From: Lama guanicoe
Lineage: Eukaryota
Length of the DNA stretch: 64,000 nt
NCBI GenBank assembly: GCA_013239625.1
Contig: MU053881.1
Coordinates: 11,398,873 to 11,462,872 of the forward strand
Reading direction: 5' to 3'
Shown here: positions 1-13,479 of the stretch, piece by piece
Position numbering within the stretch: position 1 is the stretch's first letter
How the letters are laid out: each line of letters begins with the position of its first letter
Notes under the pieces: generated by a model
What the model was told of the DNA's origin: nothing
The model's database searches: none
Seen by the model: the letters and a program-made list of their open reading frames with translations, nothing else
Translations under genes and position numbers: made by a program

Positions 1-2310
1 TCAACTGAGATTACCCAGTCTGAGAAACAGAAAAAAGAATGAATGACGAAAAATAAACGGAGCCTTAAAAGGTCTGTGGAATACCATCAAGCATACAAAA
101 ATATGCATAATAGAAGTCCCAAAAGGAAAAAAGAGAGACAGGGGGACAGAAAAAAATACTTGAATTAATAATGGTGGAAACTTTTCAAAAAAATGATAAA
201 CAATGATCTACATATACAAGAACTTTAACAAATTCCAATTAGGGTAAATGTAAAGAAATTCTTACCCATACACATTATACTGGCAAAAGCCAAGAAAAAG
301 AGATAATCCTGAAAACAGCAAGTGAGAAACCAGTTATCAGGTACAAGGGATCCTCAGTCTTTAACAGCAGATCTTTCATGAGAAACCACTGAGGCCAGAA
401 CACAGTAGAGTGACATATTCAAAATGCTAAAATTAAAAAAAAAAAGTCAACTAAATATCCTACATCTGGCAAAACTATCCCTCAAAAATAAAGGAAAATT
501 TAAAGGATTATAAATCAATAAAAAATGTTAAAAAAAAATAAAGGAAAATTTAAAGCATTCTGAGATAAACAAAAACTCAGAGATTTGTTACTTGCCCTAT
601 AACAAAGGCTAACAGAGTCCTTTAGGCTGAAGTAAAAGGACATTAGGCAGCTACATTAATCACCATAAGATATGAAGCACACCAGTAAATATAACTACAT
701 AGATAAATATAAATGGACAATATAAATGTAGTTTTTCTTGGTAACATCTTTCTTCTTGTATCCGATTTAAGACAACTTCATAAAAAGGTAACTAAAAACT
801 TCAGTGTTGATGGACAGTCGGTGTGTAAGGATGTAATTCATATGACAATAACACAAAAGAGGTGAATGGTGCTGCATAGAAGAAATGTATTTCTATACTA
901 TTAAAATTAAGTTGTATTTATCTGAACTAGATTGCTGTAATTTGAGATGTTAATTTTGGTTCCCAAGTCAACCACTAAGAAAATAACTCAGGATATATAG
1001 TAAAACAAATGACAAGGAAATTAAAATGGTATACTAGAAATAACTATTTAACAAAAAAAGAAGGGAGAAAAGGAAGAACAGAGGAACAAAAAAACATAAG
1101 ATATATACAAAAAACAACAAAACGGGAGAGATAGACCATAACTTATCAGTAATCACATTCAATGTAAATAATTAAACCCTCAAGTCAAATGCAGATATCA
1201 GGAGAAAAGATTTTTTTAAGTTTTAAATATATTATATCCACAAAAAACATACTTTAAATTAAATTGAAAAAAACCCAAATAGGTAGAAAGTAAAATGATC
1301 AAAAAAGAATACCATCCAAATAGCAAGCAAAGAGAGCAGGAATGGTTACACATTCAAAAAATAGACTTTAAGATAAAAATTGTTACTAGAGAGAAATAAG
1401 GACATTTTATATTGGTAAAGTTGGCAATCCATCAAGAAGATATAACAATTACAAACATCTGCAACTAATAACAAATACCCTAAGTACATGAAGCAAAAAC
1501 TGACAAGCCTAAAGAGATACATAGATAAATGAACAATAATAGTTGGATACTTTAATACCCTACTTTAAACTACAAGCACTACACTCACTGACAGCAAAAG
1601 ATACAGTCTTTTCAAGTGCACATAAAACATTCTCCATTATAGATGATATGCTAGGCCATAAAACAAACCTCAGTAGGTTTAAAAGGACTGCAATATATAA
1701 AAGTATTTCCTCTGAACATAATGGAATGAAATTAGAAATCAAAAACAGAAAGATAATCTGAGAAATTCACAAGTATACTGAAATTAAAGAACACATTCTA
1801 AAATAACTAATGTACGTAATAAATCAGTGAAATTCAGTAAAATTTTAAAATATTTTCAGACAAATGAAAACAAAAACACAATGTACCAAAACATATGGAT
1901 GGAATGAAAGCAGTGACTAGAGGAAAATGTATAGCTTTAAATTCCTATATTAATTTCTACATGAAACTCTTAAAATAAAGATCTCAAATCAATAATCTAA
2001 CCTTTTACCTTAAGAGTCTAGAAAAATAAGAAGAAACTAAACCTAAAGCAGACAGATGGAACAAAATAATGGAGACGAAATCAGATATAAATAAAAAAGA
2101 ATAAAGAAAAATAATAGAGAAAAATCAATGAAATTAAATGTTTTTTTAAAAAGATCAAAAACATTGCATTGGCTATATCAACTATAAGGGGAAAAAAAAG
2201 AAAACAACTTACTAAAATCAGAAATAAAAGAAGGGACATTATTATCAAAATTAAAGAATTCAAAAGATTATAAGGGTATTTATTATTTAACAACTCTATG
2301 CCAACATGAG
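1..2310 (+). mobile_element. Old L1 (L1M-type) fragment: ORF1 C-terminus, inter-ORF region, ORF2 endonuclease region; degenerate
   Basis: Decayed ORF1 motif (LW.TIK.T.I.II.VP) at ~74-120. ORF2 start motif (LSVITFNVN) at ~1143. ORF 1543-1761 reads FSSAHKTFSIIDDMLGHKTNL, matching the L1 endonuclease 'FSSAHGTFSRIDHMLGHK' motif. Many stops and frameshifts. Confidence 0.93.
506..533 (+). mobile_element. ~28-bp extreme 3' tip of a young L1 with 22-bp TSD, inserted in the old L1
   Basis: aaaaataaaggaaaatttaaag at 484-505 and 534-555 flanks gattataaatcaataaaaaatgttaaaa, which resembles the L1 end at ~53192-53225. Confidence 0.75.
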
Positions 2311-2959
2311 ATAATACATCAAAATATGTTTTAAAATACTGTTGTGTCCCTAAGTATCAAACATTTATTAAATAATGTAAATATTTATTGAGCACCTAAC
2401 CTAAAATTCTATGTGATTCTACCAGTAAATAAGAGAAAATGAATTTTAATTATTTTTAATTATCTAAGAGTTCACAGGTTAAAATATTTTTAAATTAATA
2501 TTCGGTCTTATGTTGACAAAATATAAGCAATTTAATTAAACAAATTTAGAGAAGGTTTCTATGTTCAACTATATCTACTCTTTTAATGAAAAATGGCTGC
2601 ATAAATGGAAATTCATCTAGTTATTAAAAAGAAACTATTTTATACACACACATATGATATTTAAAACTAGATATGGAATCATGCCACCCTAATTGTTAAC
2701 TGTCAGATGTTAACTGAGCAGGGTATTATAAGAAAGTGATAGAAATAAAGACGGATTTTTATCCCTCTTTCTACATATCTTACAGTTTTAACTGTTGCAA
2801 CAATCAAGAATGAGTGATTGATTTTAAAACGTGATTTAAAAACAAAATACAGGTTTCCTTTTTTCTGTAATGAAGAATCATGAAGAGTTTTTTGGGTGAC
2901 AAGCACCATAATCATAGCTGTACTCCATTTTTTTCCTGGTGAGCCATACAGGATAGATT

Positions 2960-3350
2960 GGTTGGCAAGCAAGGGGGAAAAAATTTAGAGAAAGCAATCC
3001 AGGCTGTCTTGATCTAGAGACCAAAAGAGAGACTGACTGGAATGAGATGGATGCACAGTGTGCCATGTAGTATTTTACTTCATCATTGTTTACTACATGG
3101 TCATGTGAGATGAGAGGAAAGCAGATCTGTGTACAACCAGGCTTTGAAATGTGAATGATCAAGAAGGTCATGCTAATGGTAATTTAAAAACAACAGAGGG
3201 GAAAAAGTAGAAGGGTCAGTTTCTAAGACCATACATGTATGAGCAATAGGTGAGAGGAAGCAGAGAAAAGGAAGGACATTTTTAATTGGCTTTTAAGATT
3301 TCAAGAGAAAGAAAAGAAAAAGAGAAAAAAGGGTATAACTATGGGATGCT
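2960..3350 (-). mobile_element. L2 fragment
   Basis: Purine-rich decayed sequence resembling antisense L2 ORF2. Confidence 0.45.
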
Positions 3351-4719
3351 GAGTACCTCTATATCAGATGTTAACTTGAGTTCTCTGTGGTAAATTTTTG
3401 AATTAAGGTATAAATAATGTACACATAAACAGGTATACAGTCTGTGACAACTCTTGATTTTACCATTTACTTACATTTATATATTGCTTTTGCACACTGA
3501 CTTATAATGGAAAATGAAAGAATTACACATTAATTTACACATATATTCTCACATCGTCACATAGCTGTATGTAGAAGAAATGGTCTGTAATAAAATTGAC
3601 ATCTCTAAAGTCATGAAGCATTTTCTCCTTCCAACTGAATTTATATGCATAGAGTTGATATTTCAGATGTTATTTTTGTGGTGAGATAGTCTTTTGGGAC
3701 TTCAACTACTGGGGATAAAAGGAGTGCAATGTTGATAGAATTCAAAATGCTGTTTGAAGAGGCATGCAAAAGTGGATCTCTCTTATTACCTTCAGAAAAA
3801 TTGTGGAAAATAGCAATCGTATGTCAATTATATTAAATATACTTATTTTTATATTTCCAGCACAGGGCTTTGAAATTTTAACAAGATTTATATGTAAATG
3901 ATAAGTTATCATGATACGATTTTAATAGCACCAACACATCAGAAAAAGATAATTACCATCTTACACTTTCAACCATCCTTGGAAAATTTAAAATATGCAG
4001 TTGGGCTTAGGCATTTGGTAGTTGTCTAATATAGAACATATTTAAATATAAATGCTTTCTAAATACAAATCATTGACAGTTAAATATGCAATGATTCACA
4101 AATAAGTATTCTGGCCTCTAGAACTCTGCCGTATGTATGTGTATCAACATCTATCTTCAGTCAAAAAATACAGAAATTGATTTAAATATATTTAGCAAAC
4201 AACAACAATGCATTAAGCTAAATTTAATAATAAATATGCAGATCACACAATTCCAAGGGTTAAAAAGAGTGTATATAGCTAATTTTAACACAAATTTGCT
4301 ACCCTCTTTGCAGTGTACATACAATAATCTTCAGTCTCGTGCTGATCTACATGGTAATGACATATATCTGTTTAAGTCCTATTCATCTTAACACTAGCTA
4401 ATGAAGAAATGGCCAATAGCTGTCAGCCCAAGACAACAAAATGTTAGGAAAACATTAAGATATAAGTGTAAAACATTTCATTGGGATATAGGCACAAAAT
4501 TCTGTTCTTTGCCTTGGTAAAAGGCTACCTTCATTCCACAAATACTGCATTCCCACTCCAGGCAGAGTGTTCTATACACTGGAACATTGGGAGAGGACAA
4601 AAACAGTTACTGTTCTGCACAAACTTTGTTCTAAGAGGTGGAGACATAACAACAAACAAGAAAAAAAAAACCAGACAAGATATTTTCATCTAAACATGTA
4701 AATACTGTGAAGAAAAAGA

Positions 4720-4762
4720 CTGTGTGTGTGCGTGTGTGCGTGTGTGCGTGCACACACATACA
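4720..4762. repeat. Interrupted (TG)n/(CA)n microsatellite
   Basis: tgtgtgtgtgcgtgtgtgcgtgtgtgcgtgcacacacataca. Confidence 0.9.
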
Positions 4763-4789
4763 GTATGTGGAACAGAAGGGGAAAATCTG

Positions 4790-4960
4790 AGCTTTCATCT
4801 AAAGACATGAAGCAGGCAGCCTTGTAAAGGTAGGGAAAGCAATGTCCATTGGAGGCCAGAGTGTATGCAATGCCTTGAGACTGCAAAGAGTGTGGCATGG
4901 CTGAAGGAGAAAAAGAAGGACAATGTTCATGGAATACAGTGAAAGAGGAGAAGACTGGGA
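4790..4960 (-). mobile_element. L2 fragment
   Basis: Resembles the antisense L2 motif gaagagcattccaggcagagggaacagc...aaaggccctgag. Confidence 0.5.
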
Positions 4961-5441
4961 AGAGGAATGTCTCAATTTTTGTTTACAGTTTGAAATAACT
5001 AATCCTTTTGAATCTCCAAGTAAGTTCTAGGATGAGGTACTATATGCTTATCACAGGAATATCCTGTAAATAATCTCAGGAAAAACTTTTAATAAAAACT
5101 CTGATAAAAATTGTGTTGAATACAACAGCAAATCTTCTAAATCTTCCCATAGCTACCCAATCTTTGAAATGCCAACACAGCTTTATGAAAGTAAAGTAAC
5201 AATATACACATACTGGCACTCCATCCAAATGTGTAATGACTCAACAGTAATTTTTAGTACCAAAGATTTAGTGCTAGAAGATTTATTTTTCTAAGTTAAT
5301 TCTTTACTCTACTGTAGTCAATAATTGGTCAGATTGCATTAACTCTACCTACCATGAACTTTATTCTCAGAACCTGCCCAAATGGAACGTTTCACTTCAT
5401 GAAAAAAGTTCTACAGAATTCCATTAAGTTTGTTTGTTATT

Positions 5442-5553
5442 CTTAGTATGCATGAGGTCCTGGGTTCAATCCCCAGTACCTCCATTAAAATAAATAAATT
5501 TACCTAATTACCTCCCCCCAACAAATAAATAAATAAATAAAAACTTTTAAAAA
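5442..5553 (+). mobile_element. tRNA-derived camelid SINE (Vic-1 type), 5'-truncated
   Basis: B-box gggttcaatcccc, followed by agtacctccattaaaataaataaat...acctaattacctcccc and an (AAAT)n tail. Confidence 0.85.
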
Positions 5554-6497
5554 ATTTGTTTTTTAAACATTTTGGTTAAATTTCTCATTCTAGATTTTCT
5601 GCTAACAATTTCCAGAATAAGAATTGGATGTTATGCTTTCTCCTTTCCCAGCTCACTTTTCTACCTCTCACTGGATGATACAGCATGTTCAATCCCAGGA
5701 TGGAAATATGGAAAAGCCCAGGTTGGAATTTTAGTCTAAATTTTTAAGCTTAAAAAAGTAAAAGAGCTTGTGGAGTCAACTGAGGAAGCGCATAGTAGAC
5801 CTGAGAGCTGTACAGATAACTGCCTGGACCAGGTATTGCCCCCAGTTATGTCAGGTAAGTATCTGCAGCAATAAATGAAGCAAAGCAAAACCCCAACAGT
5901 TAAAGCACTCTGAAACCGCTTCAAAGAAAATCAATTTTCCTTTTTTCATACACTTTACCTCCCCCTCCCCCCTCCCCCCACACTCTTCCCAACTTACTTG
6001 CAAGATTATATTTGGGTCAATGTTACACTTACAATCACTAAAGGCTGTCTCTTCAATTGCTGTTGGACACATGAAAGGTAACAAGTCCTAAAAGTTAACT
6101 CAGTGCAAACAAACCATTGCCTAAACACTTCCACGCAGTATTCCTCCCCATGACATTCTCACCTTGAATGTACTCATGACACTGAGATTCCATTATGTGA
6201 TAAAAAAACAGAATTGATGCCACGATTCATGATATATTTCATGCTCTTCAGCAAGATACCAAGGGGGATATAACATTCTATATATATATTGATGATTTTT
6301 AAGTCTATACTTTCCAACCTATCAAAACTCTCTTCTAGAGTACGTAACAAAAGTAATATAATAATTTGTACAATGTTTAAATGAAGTTGTGTATGCACAC
6401 ACACGTATATAAAAATTAAAAAATAATCTAAGATATGCAACTATTATGAAATGTTTCATTAATAGTTTTAATAAATGGTGATTATGAAAGATGATAG

Positions 6498-6606
6498 TTT
6501 TGTTTATTTTATTTTACTTTTTTAATGGAGGTACTGGGGATTGAACCCAGGCCCTTCTGCATACTAAGCATGTGCTTTACCACTGAGCCATACCACCCCC
6601 AACCCC
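6498..6606 (-). mobile_element. tRNA-derived camelid SINE (Vic-1 type)
   Basis: Reverse complement has an A-box region (gctcagtggtaaagc), B-box gggttcaatcccc and an A-rich tail. 46/49 identical to 5442-5490. Confidence 0.88.
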
Positions 6607-7149
6607 TAAGTATTTTTAAAAGGAAAGGCTTATGATAAAGTGGAAAGGAAACAGATTTCAAATGACGGAAAACATGGAGATGAGCAATTAAATAACGAGT
6701 AGAAGACAAACTATTCGACTAACGTAGCAGCTTTACGTAAATTGATGGCAGTTGCTCCTGCCACATACGAGGCCTTTTCTCAGCGTACCTAGTTTTGACC
6801 AGTCTTCTTGCAGTTCTCCTTTGCCTCGGGGACTGGGTACTCCCCAGGCCTCTTTGCTCTTTTCTAAACATGCACCTCATCTTTCATTCTGCCTACCCCC
6901 ATTTATATTTATTTTACTGGATTTTCTTTAATCCACTGAATTCCAGAAGTCTTCAATAATCATTCTTTGTCCATCAAATTCTTCTACATCAAATCTTTTT
7001 TGCAGAGACTGACTACTGAGTCAGAATCTTCAATGCTCACCTTCGAAGTTTCAGTATAGAGAAAGTCTGCCACTTACAATAACTGACAGGTCATCTCTGC
7101 TTCAGTTCATTTATTCAGATGTTAACAGAGTTCATAATCCATGTCAAGT

Positions 7150-7490
7150 ACAATTAACTAAAACTAATACCTAATTCCCAATGTCCCACTTTTTAGACAT
7201 TTTCTTAATCTACCAAGATCAAGAACTGGACATCATTTCTTACTCTCTTCCTCATCACAATTAGTATTTAACATTTATTAATTTTACTTTGAAAGGCCAC
7301 CCACAATTTCCAGCTCTAATATGACCTAGCCCAGGCCTTTATCATCTCATTCTAGATTATTATAATGCCTATAAAGTAGATTTTCTGATTTACTTTATCC
7401 TCTCTATTCTGGTCTATTAATTGCTAGTCTTATATAAATGTTCATTCTCCTCTTATCATGAACCAACAGTGCTTCAAAGCATTCCCTAGC
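7150..7490 (+). mobile_element. L2 fragment
   Basis: ccaggcctttatcatctcattctagattattataat resembles L2 'ccaggccaccatcatctctcacctggactactgcaatag'. Confidence 0.6.
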
Positions 7491-7904
7491 GTCAAGTCAC
7501 ACAAACTTGAGGGTCAGAGTTTACTGTAGGCAAAAGGACCGAGTATTAGGAGCAGAGTGAAATAGCTATCATGAGTCTGAGATCACTGTATTAAGCTCAA
7601 GGTGAGAGTTGAAGCAAGACTCCAATTTTGAACACATGGGCTAGTTTGGTATTTAAATATCCAAGAGTGTTATGCAGCATAAGCAAGACTAACAGTTAAT
7701 TTTAGGGACAGTTAATATATTCTTACTGTTCTCTCCCTCTCACAATCATAGGTGTGTATGGACACATTTTTTTCTCTTTAACTCTGCCCCCTACTTCTAA
7801 TACGATTGAATCCTCCAAAAGATAGCTTCTACTTACGTCTTTACTATGCACATATATTCAACTTAGGGAAAGGGACAAAACTGTTCCTTTCACCCACAAT
7901 AGTA

Positions 7905-8030
7905 TGATTAATAGTGTTTTCATAAATGAACTGGAAACAGAGGCATAAAGCCAAAGAAAGGTGAAATTATTTATTAAACATCTCAAAGCAGGTCAGTAGT
8001 AGAATACAAATGAGAACGTAAGTCACAGGG
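7905..8030 (-). mobile_element. MIR fragment
   Basis: ggaaacagaggcat...gaaaggtgaaattattt resembles the antisense MIR core. Confidence 0.45.
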
Positions 8031-9299
8031 AAATGACAGGAGGTACATAGCAATGCATAAAAAAAAAAGGATAGCCTGATATTAAAAAGGCCTCTCTCAT
8101 GTGGTTTGGAATTCCCAAATTCTACAAGATTTCAAGATGAATTTCCACTGCCAAGCAGGGTAAGGATTAAGGCCAGAGGGGAAAGAGTGAAAAGGAACTC
8201 CAATCTCCCCACCCTATCTTCAAAATTCCTGTACTCTTTGTTTTACATGTTGCATTCTTTGTAAAAATTCAAATAAAGGAAAACAAATTAATTTCTTTAA
8301 AAAGAAAAGATTGATATCAGTTATTTCCATGACCAGGAACTTGTAGAAGCAGTTTCACAATACTGCTGAAAATTGGGCAAGAAGTTTCTAAGATTCAGTT
8401 TAAACTCTAGCTCTCTGGGATTTATGCTGTTGCATTCTCATAACTCCAATATATGTACCCATAAATTTTTAAAGAGGTAATGAAATGTCAGAAGACATTT
8501 GAAGAAAGCACTTCATTTTTGCCACAAAATTCATGATGGATGCCTGGTTCTGACCCCTGTATTAAGAATCAGTGAATGCTGGTAAATGATCTGAGATGAA
8601 GGGTATAAAATGATCTCTTTGTAAGACAAAGAAAGCCTTTGAAGAGATTTTCCTATTTATTTAATGACAAAACAAAATGCACAACTTATCATGTTAAGTT
8701 TGACTCAGGTGCGTCCCTAAGCCTTTAAGGAAAAACAGAACATCAACCAAACAGTGCTCCCGGCCTGTGCTTCTACACATCTGTCCCTGTCTTTGATGGG
8801 TTCAACCAAATCAATGTCTTCATGGTTCTTTTCCTTTTCACGTGCCAGCCCCACACCTGACCATCAAAATCTGCACTCAGTCTTATATTTAAATCAGTAT
8901 TTACCGTAAAAACATAAAATGACCACAGATAAGTTAAAGTGTTCACCAGGCATATCTGCATTTTAATAACAGTTAAAGTTTCTGCTATAGAAACAGAAAG
9001 TCTTGGATGCTTCTATAAAGCTGGATATAGGACTATACAGAATGATGAGAAGCATGGAAAATCATAAAGTCAGTGCCACTTTTAAGACACCAAATCAAAC
9101 AAATCAGATCTGAAGTTCAGATACACAGCTTGATTACACCCTATAATTTAAAAAAATGTTTCTCATTGGTCCCCTTACATCATGCTTCTTCCATTAAAGA
9201 CACTTAGCTTATACTGCAAATCCTGTCAAGATATTTCTATTGAGGAACGATATACAAAATACACATATATAATACATCCCAAGGAAATAAGAACAACTA

Positions 9300-9560
9300 A
9301 CAATAACAACAGGAATAGCTTTGGAGAACGATTTTATGAGTGTATCAAACCTGACAAACCAGAACCTGTGTCAGATGCTCTGCATCCAGTATCTCACCTA
9401 GTCCTCACAAACGGTGCATAATGCTACATGCGTTCATTGTTCCTCATTCTTCAGAGGTAAGGAAATGAGGCCCAGGGAAATCAGATATTTAGTCTCTAGT
9501 CTCAAATTAAATTATGGCAGAGGCAGAATTTAAACCTACATCTCTGTGACAACAAATTGC
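9300..9560 (-). mobile_element. MIR
   Basis: aggaaatgaggcccagggaaat...tggcagaggcagaatttaaacc. Confidence 0.75.
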
Positions 9561-10039
9561 TCAGAAACTTACCCTTAAGAGCCATTTTCACCTTCATGAT
9601 TTTTCTGACCACTTTGAACTTTTGAACCACTTTGTATACCTCCCCTGAATTTCTGAATTTCTGCACTTTGTTCTGCCTCTATCCCTTGGTCACTAATCTG
9701 AACTTTAAATTCTCTCCTAAACACCTGTATCTTAACTTCCCACACAGATTTTTCTGCTTCTAAGGGACAATGTACATATACAAACAGTGATGTGAAAACT
9801 TATTAGTGACATTAAAATATCACCTACTCTATTAGGAATAATTTCTGGCTTTTTATTTTAGGATGTTAATCATACTTGTAATAATTTATATTTAGTTCTG
9901 TGTTTTCTATGGCAATCATAGTTCAACAATTATATTTAATTGAATTATTAAATTGTGTGAATGTATATAAAAAGGGTTTCAATATAATAATAATCTCCTT
10001 ATTATGGAGATCTTCATTTCATTTATCCCTTGGCTGCCT

Positions 10040-10900
10040 GGATGATGCTTAAAGTTCAGAGATCAATCTGCTGAGAAATATTATTTTCAATATATCTTTA
10101 ATATTGCCTTTCTTCCTTCTACTCCACCCAGTCTCTTCTCCAGGAGTATCAATTATATATAAATTGGGATTTTACTTTGTATGTATTGACCTCTTCCTCA
10201 TTATTTTTATCTTTTTCTCCTCTCAGCAATTTGAGAGAGATCTTCGAATTCATCCTCCACAGACCTTCCGATCAGACTTTGTATAATACAGTCTGCCCCT
10301 TCACCCCAACCAGTGCCCAGTTTTATAATACTTGAGTGGAATATATTTTCCTAACATTCACTTTTGAAATATCCAACTCTTAAGTCATCTATTTTTTCAC
10401 AACTCTTTTGCTTTTTGTAGTTAAATGTTCTTTTTAAAAATATGTTGTCTCTTGAACATTATATTCTTCATTTATTGTTGAAAAAAATTCATAGGCTTAA
10501 TGTTGTCATTATTCCCTTTTTTAAAATGTTGACTAATCATGAGTAAGAGGTCTGTTGTTTTTCTGTCAAAGGAGGGATGATGCTTCACTGGCCACAGGGA
10601 CGTCTCCCACAGTGTGATCAGCTGCAAAACTATTTGATCGTTTACATGATCATTTTTAGGACCCATAAGCCAGTGGAGACTCTGTAGGGTTGTCACATAT
10701 GGACAGACGTAGAATGAAGTGTTGTCTCTGGATTTGACAAAACAGCGGGATTATTCTTTCTAGTCTTCTGTTTAACCTAACATCAACTCCATGTAAATGG
10801 TGACTGTGTAGGACCTTCATCCTGGTGATACTGCTCAGTGGATCACAGATGAACTTCACTACATAAAAACGTTTCTAACGATTTCCAGGGACCACATGTA
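10040..10900 (-). mobile_element. Very old L1/HAL1 ORF1 region, probably extending into its 5' region
   Basis: Antisense ORF1-like text (tcttctccaggagtatcaattatatataaattggg). The upstream part, 10560-10900, is inferred from position only. Confidence 0.5.
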
Positions 10901-12849
10901 CTCTTGGGGCTCTCACCCCGAACACTAAGCTAAAGCTTAAAGTACTTTTAAGGGGGGATACGTACTTATCCCAGTTTTTTCTGACTTCTGGTTCTTATAC
11001 CACCAAGTTAGAAAATATTTACAGGGTTCCATCAAACCTCTAATCAAAGCCATTCACCACAATCATTTTGCCAATATTTTGCTTCAGTCTGTCCCTATAT
11101 GTATTATTCATGACATTTATATTTAGTGTACGGCTTCACAAAATTCCACAGCTATAGAGATCAAGTCAATCTTCCAGAACAGAACAAAGAATGACTTACT
11201 GTAGAATATTGACCTAACATAACTTAATTCTTTACAAGTAGGGTCATAATGACACTGATCATTTAGAGCGAGAGGACAATAGCAATTTGGGGAGAGAAGT
11301 GACATTGAGAAAGATGCTGACATTTTGCTATAATATGATCTCCTATGATTCTGGAGTCCATGTGATAAGAATTACAAACAACTCACTGAAGAACAGTATA
11401 TTAAAAAAAAAAAACCTTTTCTGGGTCTGTCCAATAATTAATCTCTCATTTTCCAAATTCTATAATGCTCCTCATAGATAATGTATAGTCTTTAAAATGT
11501 ACAGTTTTCCATTGCCCAAAGCTCTGCTGTTTGCTTTTAGCATCTATATTACACAAGTAAAATTATCCTTAAATTATATTAAGAAAATGTTCTCTATTAC
11601 ACAAATGAAATTAAGTTGGCTATTCAACATGAACATGTTATTTTTTATGTTGTATCAATACACAGATTTTAATATAATATGTTTACAAATAATTATATCT
11701 TCTTCATATTTTTATTCACTTAGTTCTTTTTGTGTACTGCTTGAATGCACAATTCCATATTAGTTATTACATACTGGAGTATAAAAGAATTAGAAATGTG
11801 ATTTCCAGCCTCAAAGAGGTAAAAATATTGTATCATATACAGTATTCGAAGACAACACTATATATGAAAAACTAGTATCATGTAGATTGGCCTGAGAAGA
11901 CTGGCAGGATAAATACATAAAATTGTGTATCCACAAATAACTATAAATAAAAATAATCAATTACATTACTCATGAAAAGTCTGTATGGCTAAAAATTCTT
12001 ATGGAAATAAAAATACATCATGGATTGCCATGAAGGGAAATTTCCTTTAGTTATAACAGAATTATTATAAGCTTATAACAAACATTAAGTATATTTCAGA
12101 AAAATAAAAAGCTGAAAAAGAGTGACTCATATCCGCCTGTCATACTCCTCAGTTTTCCCAACTTACAGATGCCTAAGTAGTTTTAATCCATGAGATCAAA
12201 TACTGATTCTTCTTACAAACAGAAACCATTTCGAAGTACAATTTGAATTCTTACAAAATGAGAACTTTGGAATTGGACTCTATGTAGATTTCTATAGAGA
12301 ATGGCATAGCATCAACTGTGTTAGAAAATAAATTATATTTAAAGCCATCACATATCTTTTCATACTATCCTTCTTTTGCATCCATAATTACTTGTATGAT
12401 ATGTCCCTTCTGCCTTAGCCAAGAGTTCCCAAGGGACTTATTCTAATGGTCCTCATCTGCAACCCTGTACACATATAATGTCTTACACTGACTATAAATT
12501 GCCAAACCACCTTTTGTAGTTTACAGACAATAAATCAATATGTGATAAGACTGCTCCATATTCAACTAAAAAATTGGAGGTTAAAGTGTTTCCCATTATT
12601 ACTAGCAAGAAAAATAAGCAAAATTTTCTGCCTTTGAAAATAGATGTGTTTGCCTTCTTGACAGAAGGTAGTTTGTCTATATGAGGTATCAAAAGCATTC
12701 TCAGTAAATTTTTGCATAATCTAATCAGGTCCTTTTAAAACTGAACATAAGAAAAAATTTTGTATGTATTTTATGTAATAATAAACTCTTCAACATATCT
12801 AAAAATATTTAAGTATATTTGGTATAAAAAAGACATTTTATTGCTATTT

Positions 12850-13400
12850 TGTGATGCTTCTAGGGCAGACAGATACGCATGTAAATAAATATATCACAAG
12901 GAATTGGGCATTTGCAATAGCACAAAAACAAACAGGGAAAAGTGGAAATAAATTATGATGGTGTCTCAATGGTGGTAGTGGTGGTGGGTAGAGTAAATGA
13001 AGGAAAAGAGAAAAAAATTATGGATGAAACAGCATTTAAACTGGGTCTTGATAAAAGAATAGAATAGTAAATATGTGGGCCACAAAAGTAATCCATGTTG
13101 ACTAAATATCATGGACGAGGTCTGAATACTCTTATGTATGTAATTTAATTAGAGAAGCATGTAAGTGTCAAAGTAGGAAAGCAAATATATTAGGTCTAGC
13201 TATGGACAACTGTGAATGCCAAGATAAGGCATTCATAATTGATTTGGTAACTAAGGCAGAGAAACCGAAGGATTCAGAGCAGAAAACTTAACAAGAGAAG
13301 ATGGGAAGTCTACTGAGATTTGTAGGAATGATGCTGAAAGACTGTTTTGATAATCTAGGTAAAAAGAAATGAAACTCTGAACTGAGGGAAACTAGTTACA
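12850..13400 (-). mobile_element. L2 fragment
   Basis: gcatttaaactgggtcttgataaaagaatag; gaatgccaagataaggcattcataattgat. Confidence 0.65.
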
Positions 13401-13479
13401 ACTGATACCAGAGAGCTACTGGTATAGTTAATACTTTGTTGTAGCTAATTTTCTCAAAGAACCACATTCAGAAAACATA

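Noticed and set aside
1543..1761. ORF with endonuclease motifs
   Set aside because: It is a fragment of decayed L1 ORF2, not a cellular gene.
5442..5490. tRNA-like B-box sequence (also at 6520-6600)
   Set aside because: These are SINE heads with A-rich tails and no full cloverleaf, so they are not tRNA genes.
9573..9760. Minus-strand exon-like stretch with ~60 open codons and a GTAAGT donor
   Set aside because: A stop falls just before the donor, the sequence is purine-rich with internal micro-repeats, and I recognise no homolog.
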